From Eledone cirrhosa (Eukaryota): a stretch of DNA of 64,000 nucleotides. The stretch lies in contig OZ024743.1 of assembly GCA_964016885.1 (NCBI GenBank), positions 336,474,001 to 336,538,000 on the forward strand, in the 5' to 3' direction. Made by a program: the position numbers and the translations under genes. The notes beneath the pieces were generated by a model. The model was not told the origin of the DNA. It worked only from the letters and a program-made list of their open reading frames with translations, and made no database searches. Below, piece after piece: positions 22,807 through 34,996 of the stretch. Position 1 is the first letter of the stretch, and every line of letters starts with the position of its first letter.

Positions 22807-25800
22807 GAACTTTCCACACACCTTCCCACAACTTGTTTTTCCTTTCTTTGCATTACCTTTGATTGATTTATTTACTGTACTTGTTTATTTCTGTCTATAA
22901 TTTTTTGTCAATGATTGCCTGTGTTTTTACGATTATGATTTTTTGTCTATGATTTTCCTGTGCATACTCTCCTCTCCTTACGTTATTTCTCTTTGATTTT
23001 CCCTCCGCCGTCTCTGCCTATCATTCGCTCTCACCCCTTCATTCCACCCCCACCACCCCCGCTTCACACACCCTCCTTCTCATCCCTCCCCCTGCTTTCA
23101 CTCCATGCCCACCATGCCCAGCCTGAGATCCTTTCTCCACCAACTCCACACTAGCCTCAAACGTTTCCTCACCCCCCTGCTCTCACCCTGCTATCTCCCC
23201 TCGGCCCTTCAACTCACCTACCTTCTCTTCGCCAAAACCCGGCACTCCAGCCACATCCATTTCCTCAGCCACTGCCTCCACCTCCACCTTATCCCCCTCG
23301 GCTTCCGTCTGCACTCCCCCCCCCCGCTTCCCCCTCCACCCAACGTATCCTCACCCGATCCTCGCGCCTCCTAATGTGCAACTCCATCCGCGCCTCCCGC
23401 TCCACCATCCGCAAACTTGACTACCAACTGACCCCCCCCCTCCTCCGCCTAAACTCCGCCTGCCACCCCCCCCCCTCGCCCACGCCATCCTCATCTTCAT
23501 CCAAAACCTCAACCACGACGTCTTCTCCTTCCTCACCTCCACCAAAGACGGTAAGCTACACTCACTCCTCCCAACCACCCCTATCCAACACCACCCGCCC
23601 ATCCATATGAGCCCCCCACACCCACCCCACCCATCCCCACCACTCTCCAACCCTCCCCCAACCCACAACCCTACCCAATCTCCACCCTCCACCTCACCCC
23701 TCACCACACCCTCCCTTCCTCCCTCACACACCCAAACCCCACCATTTGTTGTCACCATACCCCCTGACCTCCCCCTCTCCGCACCTGAGCGCTCACTCCT
23801 TAGTAGAGGCCTTGGCTTCATACCCCACACCCCGCACAAAGACGAGTTCCGCACCCGAACGGAAGTCGAGCGATTCGTGCGACGCACGAAGCTACAGGTA
23901 CATTTCGGTCAAACGCCACCGGCTCCGAACGCCCCAGACCCGTTTCTCGACCTGGGCCGACGACCATCTTCTTGGACGCCGGCCCCAGGGCAATTTAGCA
24001 CCCTGGACGCGTTCGTCGATGCCAGCCGTAGCGCCGTAAATCGCCTTCGAGCGCCCCCCTCCCCCCACACATATCCCCCACTAACACCACTAACACACCC
24101 CTCCTTTTCACCGCCCACCCCACAACTAACAATGCTAACACCTCCACCCCACACCCGACCACCCTTCCCCAACTAACATACTAACATCCCTCCCTTCTTC
24201 TTCCCCCCTCCCCTTATCAAACGCACACACCCACCGTTACATATATACGGAATAACATCTCACGGAATAACATATCACGGGGCGAACTCCTCGCTCTCCG
24301 CTCCCTCCGTAGCCGAGATAACATCGTCATCAAACCGGCGGACAAAAGAGGCGCCGTGGTGGTGTGGCGCGCGGACCTCTACACGGCCTAAGCCCTCAGG
24401 CAGCTCCGTAACCCCCTCTTCTACCGCCCTCTACCCTCCGAACCCCCACCCCTCTACCAACAAGTTTCTTCTACCATCCAACACCTTGTCTCCTCCTCCC
24501 CACCGCTTCCCACCTCATCGTCCGCACCCCCCCCCGCACCCCCACCATCTACTTCCTCCCCAATCTCCACAAACCAGACAACCTCGGCCGCCCCATCGTC
24601 TCCGCTTGCAACTGCCCCACCGAACTCATCTCCGCTTTTCTTGACTCCATCCTCGCCCCCCTTGTCACCACCCTCCACTCCCACATCTCCGACACCAACC
24701 ACGCCCTGCACCTTTTCGACTCCTTCACCTACCCACCCGGCCCACAGCCCTTCCTCTTCACCCTAGATATCAAGTCCCTCTATACCGTCATCCCCCACGC
24801 CGACGGCCTACGTGCCCTCAAGCACTACCTCGACCTTCGCCCCAACCCCATCCGCTCCACCCCCACCCTCCTTCGCCTCGCCGAGCTGGTCCTCACCCTT
24901 AACTATTTCTCCTTCTCGGGTGAGTTTTACCAACAGGTCATGGGGGTAGCCATGGGTACAAGAATGGGCTCAAACTATGCCAACCTTTTTGTTGGCCATG
25001 TTGAGGCCCAAATCTTTGCCCAGTACACCGGCCCCACGCCCGAACTGTACGGTCGTTACATCGACGACTGTATCGGAGCCACGACCCTCACCCGAGAACA
25101 GCTCGACTCCTTTCTCTCCTTCTTCTGTTCCTTCCACCCCTCCCTCCACTTCACCACCTCTATCTCCACCATCCACGTCAACTTCTTAGACATCTCCGTC
25201 GCCTTCGAACCCTCCCACCACTCCCTCGTCACCTCCTCTTTCTTCAAACCCACCGACTCCCACTCCTACCTCGACTTCACCTCTTCCCACCCTACACACA
25301 CTAAACACTCTATTCCCTACTCCCAACTCCTCAGCATCCGCCGCCTCTGTAGCCGAGATGCTGATTTTGAGTCCCAGGCCCTTTCCCTAGTCAGCCATTT
25401 CATCCGCAAACGTTAACCCCCTCTCTCGTCCACACCGCTCTCACCCGCGGCCGTGCTGTCCACCGCTCCACCACCCTCACCCCACGGCATTGCACACCCA
25501 CCCACCGTATACCCTTCCCCATCACCTACCACGCCTCCACCATCCTCGGCTTCTTCCGACGCCTCCAGTCCGACCCCTCCACCTCCCACATCTTCCCAGC
25601 CCCACCACTCCTCTCCTTCAAACGTGCACGCAATCTCCGCACCCTCCTCGTCCACAGCTACCTACCCCCCCCCGATTCCCTTCCCTGTTCCAGGCCCCGT
25701 TGCAACACCTGTCCTCACATCACCAACACCACCACCTTCCAGGGTCCCAACGACCACTCTCTCTCTGTCCGGCATGCCTTCCGCTGCACCTCCTCCAAAC

Positions 25801-27660
25801 TAGTCTACGGACTTCGCTGCACGGAGTGCAGCTCAACCTACGTCGGACAGACTGGACGTCGCCTGGCGGACCGGTTTACCGAACACCTCCGAGATATTCG
25901 TCTTGGTGGTAGTTCCCCCATCGCCCGCCACTTTGGTGCCCCTGGACATTCCGCACACCACCTCACAGTCTGTGGCCTACTCCAATGCCACGGAACAAGC
26001 GCCACTCTCCTCAGGGTCGAACAACGAACCATCTTCACCCTACAGACCCACACTTCCCCCGGCCTGAACTCCCCAACCTTATTCCTTTAGCCTTCGACCG
26101 CCCCCTCCCCCCACACTTATCCCCACTAACACCACTAACACACCCCTCCTTTTCACCGCCCACCCCACAACTAACAATACGAACACCTCCACCCCACACC
26201 CGACCACCCTTCCCCAACTAACATACTAACATCCCTCCCTTCTTCTCTCCCCCCTTATCAAGCGCACACACACACCGGTACATATATACACGCGCTCACA
26301 CTAAACACACACCCTACTACCACTACTAACCCTCACCCCCACACACCCACCCCACCACCCCGAAACTAACATCACTAACACCCCCTACCCCACGCACACG
26401 AACACACACACCCACTTACACCACCCACTCTACACGCAACTAACATCACTAACACCCCCAAACCCTACGCACACGAACACACACACACACTTACACCACC
26501 CACTCTACACACCCTACCACCACTGACCCCCACTCACACCTGCATTCAACCCTTTCCCCACCACAAGTATACTAACACCCACTAACACCCCCTTCACCAC
26601 ACACACACACTCATCCAAACACGCACACACACACCAGTACACTACACTCCCTCCACCGGCCCCCACACCCTTCTTTCCCCGCTCCACCCACACCCTTTCT
26701 CACATACACACACATCCCACTAACACCTCTACTAATGCACACAACCCCTCCTCACTCCAACTTTCACACCTACCATCCTCTCCCCTGTCCACCGCACCTC
26801 CGCATACACTGACACACCGACTTTCTTCACTTACCATTCTACCCGACTGCTGCTATGCCCTTATCTCTGACCACCTCCCCGCGCACACAGACACACAACC
26901 CTCCTCCTGCCTTGACCCTCTGACCACTTCCTATTGCGCGCGCACCTCACATCTCCCCTCTTCCAACCAACCCAACCACGGATTACACTTATTGAACATC
27001 GATCCCTAGAATCCACCACATCCCAAGGATATTACCCAGTATTCCACCACATCCTCTACAGAACTACCTTAAGGACTCACCCACTGACATACACTAAAAA
27101 AAGAATTTTTCCCACACGCCACCTACATCCACAACACGCATAAACACACACACACACGTGCGTACCACCACATATTTACACACTCAGCCTCCGGAATCCT
27201 CTCCCCCACCCCTCACACCCTTCCCCATCCACACACGCACACACACACCGATCTACACCCCACCCCACACACACCTCTTCCTGAACATGCAACCCGTTCT
27301 TCCCCAAACTCTTACTTTCACATACACACATACACACACACGTACACCTACACACACCCGCCACCACCCCTACACGCCCCACATCCTTCCACCACCTATT
27401 TTACTTCATGTTTATTTTTATTTTTATTATGCTTTTATATTTAATTTCATTTGTACCGTTTCTTCTCACCCCCTTTTTTTCTATATGTCTCTCCACCACT
27501 CCCCTACACACCCTTAGAACTCTCTTCCCACACACTTTTCACTTGAAGAAGGGCTTATGCCCGAAACGTCGTTCCCCACCACCCCACCCCACTCACAAGA
27601 GCGTGAAACTAATAAACGTTTGTTCGTACTGCCTCTCTGTTTTGTTCCCGTTCAATTTTT

Positions 27661-27664
<4 letters not shown>
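22807..27664 (+). mobile_element. Near full-length PLE family A (Neptune-like), second copy
   Basis: Homologous to 8049-12815; HHR with TTGAAGA core at 27540-27573; ends in (TA)n. Confidence 0.92.
23114..26129 (+). pseudogene. PLE RT-GIY-YIG polyprotein, frameshifted and interrupted
   Basis: DIKSLYTVIPH, GVAMGTRMGSNYAN, YGRYIDD, LVYGLRCTECSSTYVGQTGRRLADRFTEH. Confidence 0.9.
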
Positions 27665-27718
<54 letters not shown>

Positions 27719-27724
<6 letters not shown>

Positions 27725-29086
27725 ATATTAAATAAATGGAAACTATATTTATAAAACCATATTTATTTTATTATATATATTTCAAGGGTACCAAGACATT
27801 GGTACGCTTTCATCAGATAAAATACAAATTTTGTTTTATAAATAGAGATATACCCATGAAAATCATACCTTAACGGTTGGATATTCACTGGATAGTGGAA
27901 ATATATTAGGGATTTTTCAAACTTATGTGTGAATATGCAAATGAATATGTAAATAATTGAAAAGCAACCGTTTATTTGAACGGCTATGGAGAGAGAGAAG
28001 AGATAAGAGGAGAAGGATAAAATAGTGCGAGAGAGAGCGAGAAGAAAGAAACAAGAGAAGATGAATAAAATCTCATATAACGTTAACCTGAGGGAAATAT
28101 ACTCTAAGTATATATCTTAATAGTACGTGTATTTACGATTATTAGTTGTTTAAAATTTGTTTATATTATATTTTTCTTCTGTTATAAGTAGATAAATAAA
28201 TAAATACATAAATAGATAAATAAATAAATAAATAAATAAATAGATAAATAGATAGGTATATCATGTTATAGATAATTGTTCTAATGAGTTATTAGGGATA
28301 TTGGTTTTGTATTTAATGTAAATAAATATTAATTAAATTAAATTAAATTAACTGAGTTAATAAGAATATTTATATTTATATGATTTAAAATGGGAAGATA
28401 CGGAAAAAACTCCGGTTTAATTTATTTATTCGTTAGTGTGAGACTATTTAAACAAAATAAGTAGAGATGTTGAAAGATACATTTAGCCAGAATCAGTTAG
28501 TGATTATAAATCTATTGGAAAATATTGAAAAAATATTGATAAAGTATTGAAAAAATATTGAAAAAGTATTGAAAAATATTGAAAAAATTTGAGAGAATTT
28601 TTTTTTTTTAAATAATTTATAAGCGATAAGTAATTTTTAAAGAAATAAAAATTAAAGAAATAAAAATTAAAGAAATAAAAATAAAGAAATACAAATTATT
28701 AAAATTATAATTAAAATTTAAAAAAAAGATTAAAATTATATACGTATATATTTTATGAAACTTTAAGAAGTGAAATTATAGCAAATGTTATAGATATTAT
28801 GATTTAGAGATATCAATATATTAAAACCAAGTAGATGAGATTGTTATGGAAATAAGTAGAAATATTATAAGTATAATTATAAGTTCTATATAGTTCTGAA
28901 TGTTGAATTTTAGCGATGTCTACAAGTTTGTCTAAATAAATTCGTTCTTAGATTAATAGAGTTTTTACATTTAAGTATGTAAAAAATGTCCTCACTACAC
29001 AATTTGCAGAATCTAGATAAAGCTGTGTTTCGGTACGCGGGTGCTTTTGAAACTGTTTCCCAAGCTAATGAATAGTCCATATTCTT
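27719..29086 (-). mobile_element. 3' part of a YRDD-type PLE (GIY-YIG C-terminus 28910-29086, AT-rich UTR, HHR-like motif 27744-27825)
   Basis: YSLAWETVSKAPAY..CKLCSEDIFYIL..CRHR matches the C-termini at 6952, 39816 and 53507. Confidence 0.8.
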
Positions 29087-29578
29087 GCAAATATTAGGTA
29101 TTAGGATTGTTGTTCTGAAATAGCGATGAATACATAAATGTATGTATAGTATATTTGGCAATATACTGTATGTTTAATTAAAAATATTTAGAAGACCATA
29201 CGCTATCGGTTTTAAAGTAGTGACTATGTCACTTACTTCTTTTCGGCGAAAGAAGGGAGAGAAGCTAACAGTCTGTTTGGCGATCATCAGAGCCACGCAC
29301 TACCCTGCTTTCGCCCGAATTATAGAAGCTGGATTCTTATAGAATTCCAGTAATAATCAGGAGCTGATTATACAGAGCGATTGCCGGTCCAGCAAATATT
29401 AGGTATTAGGATTGTTGTTCTGAAATAGCGATGAATACATGAATGTATGTATTGTATATTTGGCAATATACCGTATGTTTAATTAAAAACATTTAGAAGA
29501 CCATATCAGTTTTAAAGTAGTGATTATGTGACTTACTTCTTTTCAGTGAAAGAAGGGAGAGAAGCTAACAGTCTGTTA
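29087..29578 (-). mobile_element. ORF-less 305-nt-period unit (about 1.6 copies) with collapsed HHR at 29264-29293
   Basis: Direct repeat 29087/29392; gct CTGATGA tcgc CAAAC agact GTT agc. Confidence 0.65.
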
Positions 29579-29704
29579 CATTATAATTAATTTATATTTC
29601 TTTATTTTCGTAATAAAAAAATGTTTTAGTGTGTTTTTTACTTTAACACTTTTTCTGGGAATACTATGAGTCCTATAACCTAACAATTTCTTCAAAAGCA
29701 CCGA

Positions 29705-29875
29705 AGGCCAGCAATTATCCCAGTGTATTACTGTTACTTTATTTTATCGACCGCGTAAGGATGAAAGGCAAAGTTAACCTCGCCGAGATTTGAACTCAGA
29801 ATGGAAAGGGCCGTAACTCTATGCGTCAAAGCATGGCGTCCGACCCTCTACCGATACTGCCAATCCACCGCCCTA
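29705..29875 (-). mobile_element. tRNA-derived SINE (OR-like)
   Basis: Same family as 7791-7979. Confidence 0.85.
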
Positions 29876-30145
29876 CTATATTTATATATAATATGTATCA
29901 TTTGATATTATATATACTATGGTATCATCTCTTCCCCCAGCCCTCGGCCCCTTGGGCTTCAATGTACCCTAGACCTTCTCACCCCCCCCCCCCCCCCCGG
30001 TCGGGATGGTACCACCCACTTTGAGAGCATCTGAGCTAATGAGCTAAACGATTGAAATATATAACTTACATCCTTTATCACCTGTACATGTCCAATTAGC
30101 ACGGATTCTCGTAAGCTCAGCTTCCTGGATACAGGCTGGAATTGA

Positions 30146-30232
<87 letters not shown>

Positions 30233-30492
30233 TACACGCGCACACACATAGTGAAAGCCTTCAAAATACTTATAAATAAACATACAGTATATTATTATAT
30301 ATATGTTAGGTTATATTGGTGTTTATCAATATATGTTCTGATAAAGATTATAGAAACTCAATGCTAATCAGTTTCCTTGGTCATTAGTACTCCAAAAGGC
30401 AGAATGATTTTTCAATCTCTGTAGACTACGTTATGGACCCTTGTGGCACAATCTACATTGCTCAAAACCAGTTTAGACGTGTAACATGATAT

Positions 30493-30656
30493 TACTCAAC
30501 GAATGTTTCAATGTAGAACAGACGGCCGTACATCAATATATAACTGGGCGTATATTTATTTAATATTTATGTAATAAACATTTATTTAATATAACATTTA
30601 ATATAGTTATTTATTGTATTGTAATTAGCCTGCTGCTCTACATATCTTCAGGAGCA
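30493..30656 (-). ncRNA. Hammerhead ribozyme with very long stem II; partial inverted copy at 31398-31490
   Basis: tgctc CTGAAGA t atgtagagcag ... ctgttctacat t GAAAC attc GTT gagta. Confidence 0.7.
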
Positions 30657-30804
30657 TGAATGGTGTTACAAGCATCCAAATACAAACATACAAAAAGTGA
30701 CACCATGATACAGATTAGACTCATATGACAAAAAACAGCATGTGAAGCGTTATTAGATTTCTCTTTTCACAAGCTTCTTTTGCATGATTTAGCTATTCGT
30801 TATC

Positions 30805-31210
30805 ATTGTTTCTACTTTTGGCACAAAGCCAGCAATTATCCCAGTGTATTACTCGTACTTTATTTTATCGACCCCGTAAGGATGAAAGGCAAAGTTAACC
30901 TCGGCGGAATTTGAACTCAGATCATAAAGGGCCGTAACTCTTTGCTGCAAAACATGGCGTCCGACCTTCTATCGATACTGCCAATCCTCCGCCCTGTATG
31001 ATTTCTACTATAGGCACAAGGCTTGTAATTTGGGCGGAGAGGAAAGTCGATTAAATCAACCCCAGTACGTTACTGGTACTTTATTCTATCGACCCCGTAA
31101 GGATAAAAGGCAAAGTTAACTTCGGCGGGATTTGAACTCAGACGGTGAAGGGCCGTAACTCTATATTGCAAAGCATGGTGTCCGATTCTCTACCTATACT
31201 GCTAATCCAT
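30805..31210 (-). mobile_element. Two tandem OR-like SINEs
   Basis: Two B-box and core motifs (about 30805-30995 and 31000-31210). Confidence 0.85.
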
Positions 31211-31522
31211 AGGTATTTATTATATTATAACATTTTTGTAATTGAATTACTACACTAGAGTACTGCATTTTTATTTTACTGCTTCTAAACGTGCTTATAA
31301 TTACACCTTCTGTCGCTTTTAAATGTAATAACGCTCGACATACTGGTTTTATTTATTTTTATTTTTTTGCCATATGATGTCACTTTTGCATGTTTGAATT
31401 TGGATCGTTGCCACAACATTCATGCTCCTGAAGATATATAGAACAGCAGGCTAACATCCAGTATATATATTGAGGTACGGTCGACTCTCCTATATATATA
31501 TAGCTTGAACTTTAATCTGTTA

Positions 31523-31563
<41 letters not shown>

Positions 31564-31566
<3 letters not shown>

Positions 31567-32394
31567 CGGAGCAAGTAATCATCAAACGATCTTTTAAATA
31601 AATTAAAAAACGATTTAAATATTCACCTGTTCTATTGCCGTTACCGTTATACGCTTATAGTATGGAAATAGTTGTCTGAAGATCTAATTCTTTCCATTGG
31701 AAATTGTCTGGATTTCCAATTTTTTGATTAGTGAAACCGTCGGTAACGGCAATAGAACAGGTGAATATTTAAATCGTTTTTTAATTTATTTAAAAGATTG
31801 TTTGATGATTACTTGTTCCGCTCATTTTTATAGTTCTGGTATCTCAAATTAGTACCATCGAACCGCAACTATTATAAACACCATGCATATTTCTGCAGGT
31901 ACTTAGTGCCTGTCGGAATATCCATACCCTTTTATAATTTTTCTCCGATATGTAGAGAACAAAACGTTGTATCGCGCTGCTATTTCTAGCGGCATGATCA
32001 ACAAGTTTATAATAACCCGCTTTTGCTCATGGCCTATTTTTGTGTGAAGTCACTTTAACGGCTTGACCGTATGCAACGGTCGGGAAGCGAAATATTTACT
32101 TACTATGAGGCTTTATACCCTTATAGTGTGGAAACAGCTGTCTGAAGATTTAATTCTTTACATTGGAAATACTCTGGATTTCCAATCTTTTGATTAGTGA
32201 AACCGTCGGTAACGGCAATAGAACAGGTGAATATTTAAATCGTTTTTTAATTTATGTAAAAGATTGTTTGATGATTACTTGATCCACTCATTTTTATAGT
32301 TGTGGTATCTCAAATTAGTACCATCGAACCACAACTATTATAAACACCATGCATATTTCTGCAGGTACTTAGTGCCTGTCGGAATATCCATAAC

Positions 32395-32399
<5 letters not shown>
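31564..32399 (+). mobile_element. ORF-less 466-nt-period unit with two intact HHRs (31671-31750, 32137-32216) and a 5' inversion (31564-31646)
   Basis: gctgt CTGAAGA ... GAAA ccg t cgG TA acggc twice, 466 nt apart; flanked by (TA)n. Confidence 0.85.
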
Positions 32400-32443
<44 letters not shown>

Positions 32444-32657
32444 AGAATATTTTCGAAACAGCGAGCGGGTTTGAAATTATTATAAATGTAAGCTATCGCC
32501 GTATTTTGACTAAAGAAATTAAAGAAATTATTTAGCCTGATAGTGGTGTTAAGAAACCCCGGAGAAATGGAAAAAGATGAGTATTGACGTACATCGTTTC
32601 TTTTGCCTATTTATATATATATATATAAATATATATATATAGATATAGATATGGAAG

Positions 32658-33832
32658 AGAAACTAAAGAACGCTTACATACTCAAACACTCTTTATTCAC
32701 TAACAATGTTTCATCCTCACCTTTAGGCAGGAATCACCAGAGCTCAACAAATACCGTGTTGAGTATAAGCTCCACAATAACTGAGTCACTAGAATAATCA
32801 GAAAAATTGGAGATAGCTAACAAAGAGGTTCATACTGGGGTTACTAAGCATCACTGCAAAATACCAAGGTACAATTGGATTTAACAAGATGAAGACACAG
32901 TAGGTGGCACTCAAAAATGTAGGATGTAAAATCAAAAAGTGTGAAAGCATTCAAAAGTACATAATAAATACATAAAAATGCATAAAAATACATAAGAAAT
33001 ACATAAAAAAATACATAAAAAATACATAAACAATACATAAAGAAATACAGGCAAATGTTAAAACATAATATAAATTATATTAAACTAATAAAAAATATAA
33101 AAATAAAGATAAAAAATACTAATAGAGATAATATAATAAAATGAAATGAAGAAAATTAAAACAAAATAAAATAAAATAAAATAAAGTAAAATAATTAAAT
33201 AAAAAATATACTAAAAATTAATTAAAATACAATAAAGTAATATAAAAAGTATAATAAAATAATAATAAATGATTATAAAATAATAAAATAATATAATAAT
33301 AAGATAAAATTAAATTAAAAAGGATTAAAAATATTTAATAATTGAGAAAAAGTTATATGTTATGATCCCTTAAAGAAAATAAGTTATTACAAGCGCAGTT
33401 CCTAGCAACACAAGCGAGTAGGATGTCAGTAGTTTATATACAGGCGTGAAGAGATATTTTAGTACATCACAAAGGACCACAGTAATTCGAATGACCATCA
33501 TACTATACATACACAAGGTATATCAGTAGGTACCCGAACTAGGTAGCCAATTGGTGTTCACAAGTATATAGAAAGGTATCACAAAGGCATAGGCCTCACT
33601 CAAGTAAATATGGTTAATATATGGTATTGCTGAGTGAAACAAGTAAATACATTCAAGGCATGAATAGAAGCCATGCATAAGCAGGTTTAGCTTAGTGTGC
33701 GAAAGAATTTAAGCAGTCTCGATATATTAGTTATAAAAGTTGTTATAAAGTAATTGGCAAAGTTATTATTCATGCATAATTAGCAATACAAGCAGGACTA
33801 ATTGTTTACATATCTAATATGTTATATATTGG
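32658..33832 (-). mobile_element. PLE-like 3' UTR with variant HHR (32699-32743); inverted copy at 37450-38795
   Basis: gct CTGGTGA t tcct..agga t GAAAC att GTT agt then AATAAA; about 1.2 kb reverse-complement similarity. Confidence 0.7.
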
Positions 33833-33875
33833 ATAATTGCTGGCCTTGTGCCTAAAGTAGAAACAATTATATATA

Positions 33876-34668
33876 TTCAACTACCATCCTAGGATTTTAC
33901 CAACCATTCTACCACATCATCTTACGGAATCACCTTTACGACTCACCCACACACACACTCCCCAAAAAATTTGTTTTCCCACACGCCACCTACACCCACA
34001 ACACGCTTAAACACCACACACACGCACACGTGCGTCCCACGACATATTTACACATTCAGCCTCCGGATTCCTCTCCCTCCACCCCTCTATCCACACACGC
34101 ACACACACTCCGACCTACACCCCACCCCACACACACCTCTTCCTGAACATGCAACCCCCTTCTTCCCCCAACCCTTGCTTTCACACACACACAAACACAC
34201 ACACACACACGTACACCTACACACACACACCACCTTCAGCCCTCCCCGCTCGGACACCCCGTCTCCCTCTCCCCACTCCACCCGCCACCACCCCTACACG
34301 CCCCACAACCTTCCACCACCTGTTTTACCCCAGTTTAATTTTATTTTGATCATGCTTTTATTTTTATTTTTATTTTTATTTTTATTTTTATTTTTATTTT
34401 TATTTTTATTTTTATTTTTATTTTTATTTTTATTTTTATTTTTATTTTTATTTTCATTTCCACCGTTTCCTCCCACGCCCCTTTTTGCTATATGTCTCTC
34501 CACCACTCCCCTACACACCCTTTGAACTCTCTTCCCACACACTTTTCATCTGAAGAAGGGCTTATGCCCGAAACGTCGTTCCCCACCACCACCCCACTCT
34601 CAAGAGCGTGAAATTAATAAACATTCGTTGTACTGCCTCTCTGTTTTGTTCCTGTTAAAATTTTCCAT
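33876..34668 (+). mobile_element. 3' UTR fragment of PLE family A; HHR at 34547-34580; expanded (TTTTTA)n
   Basis: Homologous to 27010-27664; CTGAAGA a gggc-ttat-gccc GAAAC GTC. Confidence 0.85.
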
Positions 34669-34687
34669 TATATATATATATATATAT

Positions 34688-34745
<58 letters not shown>

Positions 34746-34749
<4 letters not shown>

Positions 34750-34938
34750 TTAATATAGATGAGATTCTACAGGACTAGAACTGTTTAATTCATTAGAAAT
34801 CATCAGGAATCCTGATGATTTCTAATGAATGAAACAGTTCTAGTCCTGTAGAATCTCATCTATATTAAAACTTTTATACTCTGCTATGTATTGAGTACCT
34901 TACTTACTGTGGTTACCTCCGATTCAACCCGGAATAAC

Positions 34939-34941
<3 letters not shown>
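34746..34941. mobile_element. Fold-back copy of the 19233 HHR family (about 125-bp palindrome)
   Basis: ...catcagga a tcctgatg... centre near 34809; plus-strand HHR core intact. Confidence 0.8.
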
Positions 34942-34989
<48 letters not shown>

Positions 34990-34996
34990 TATATAT

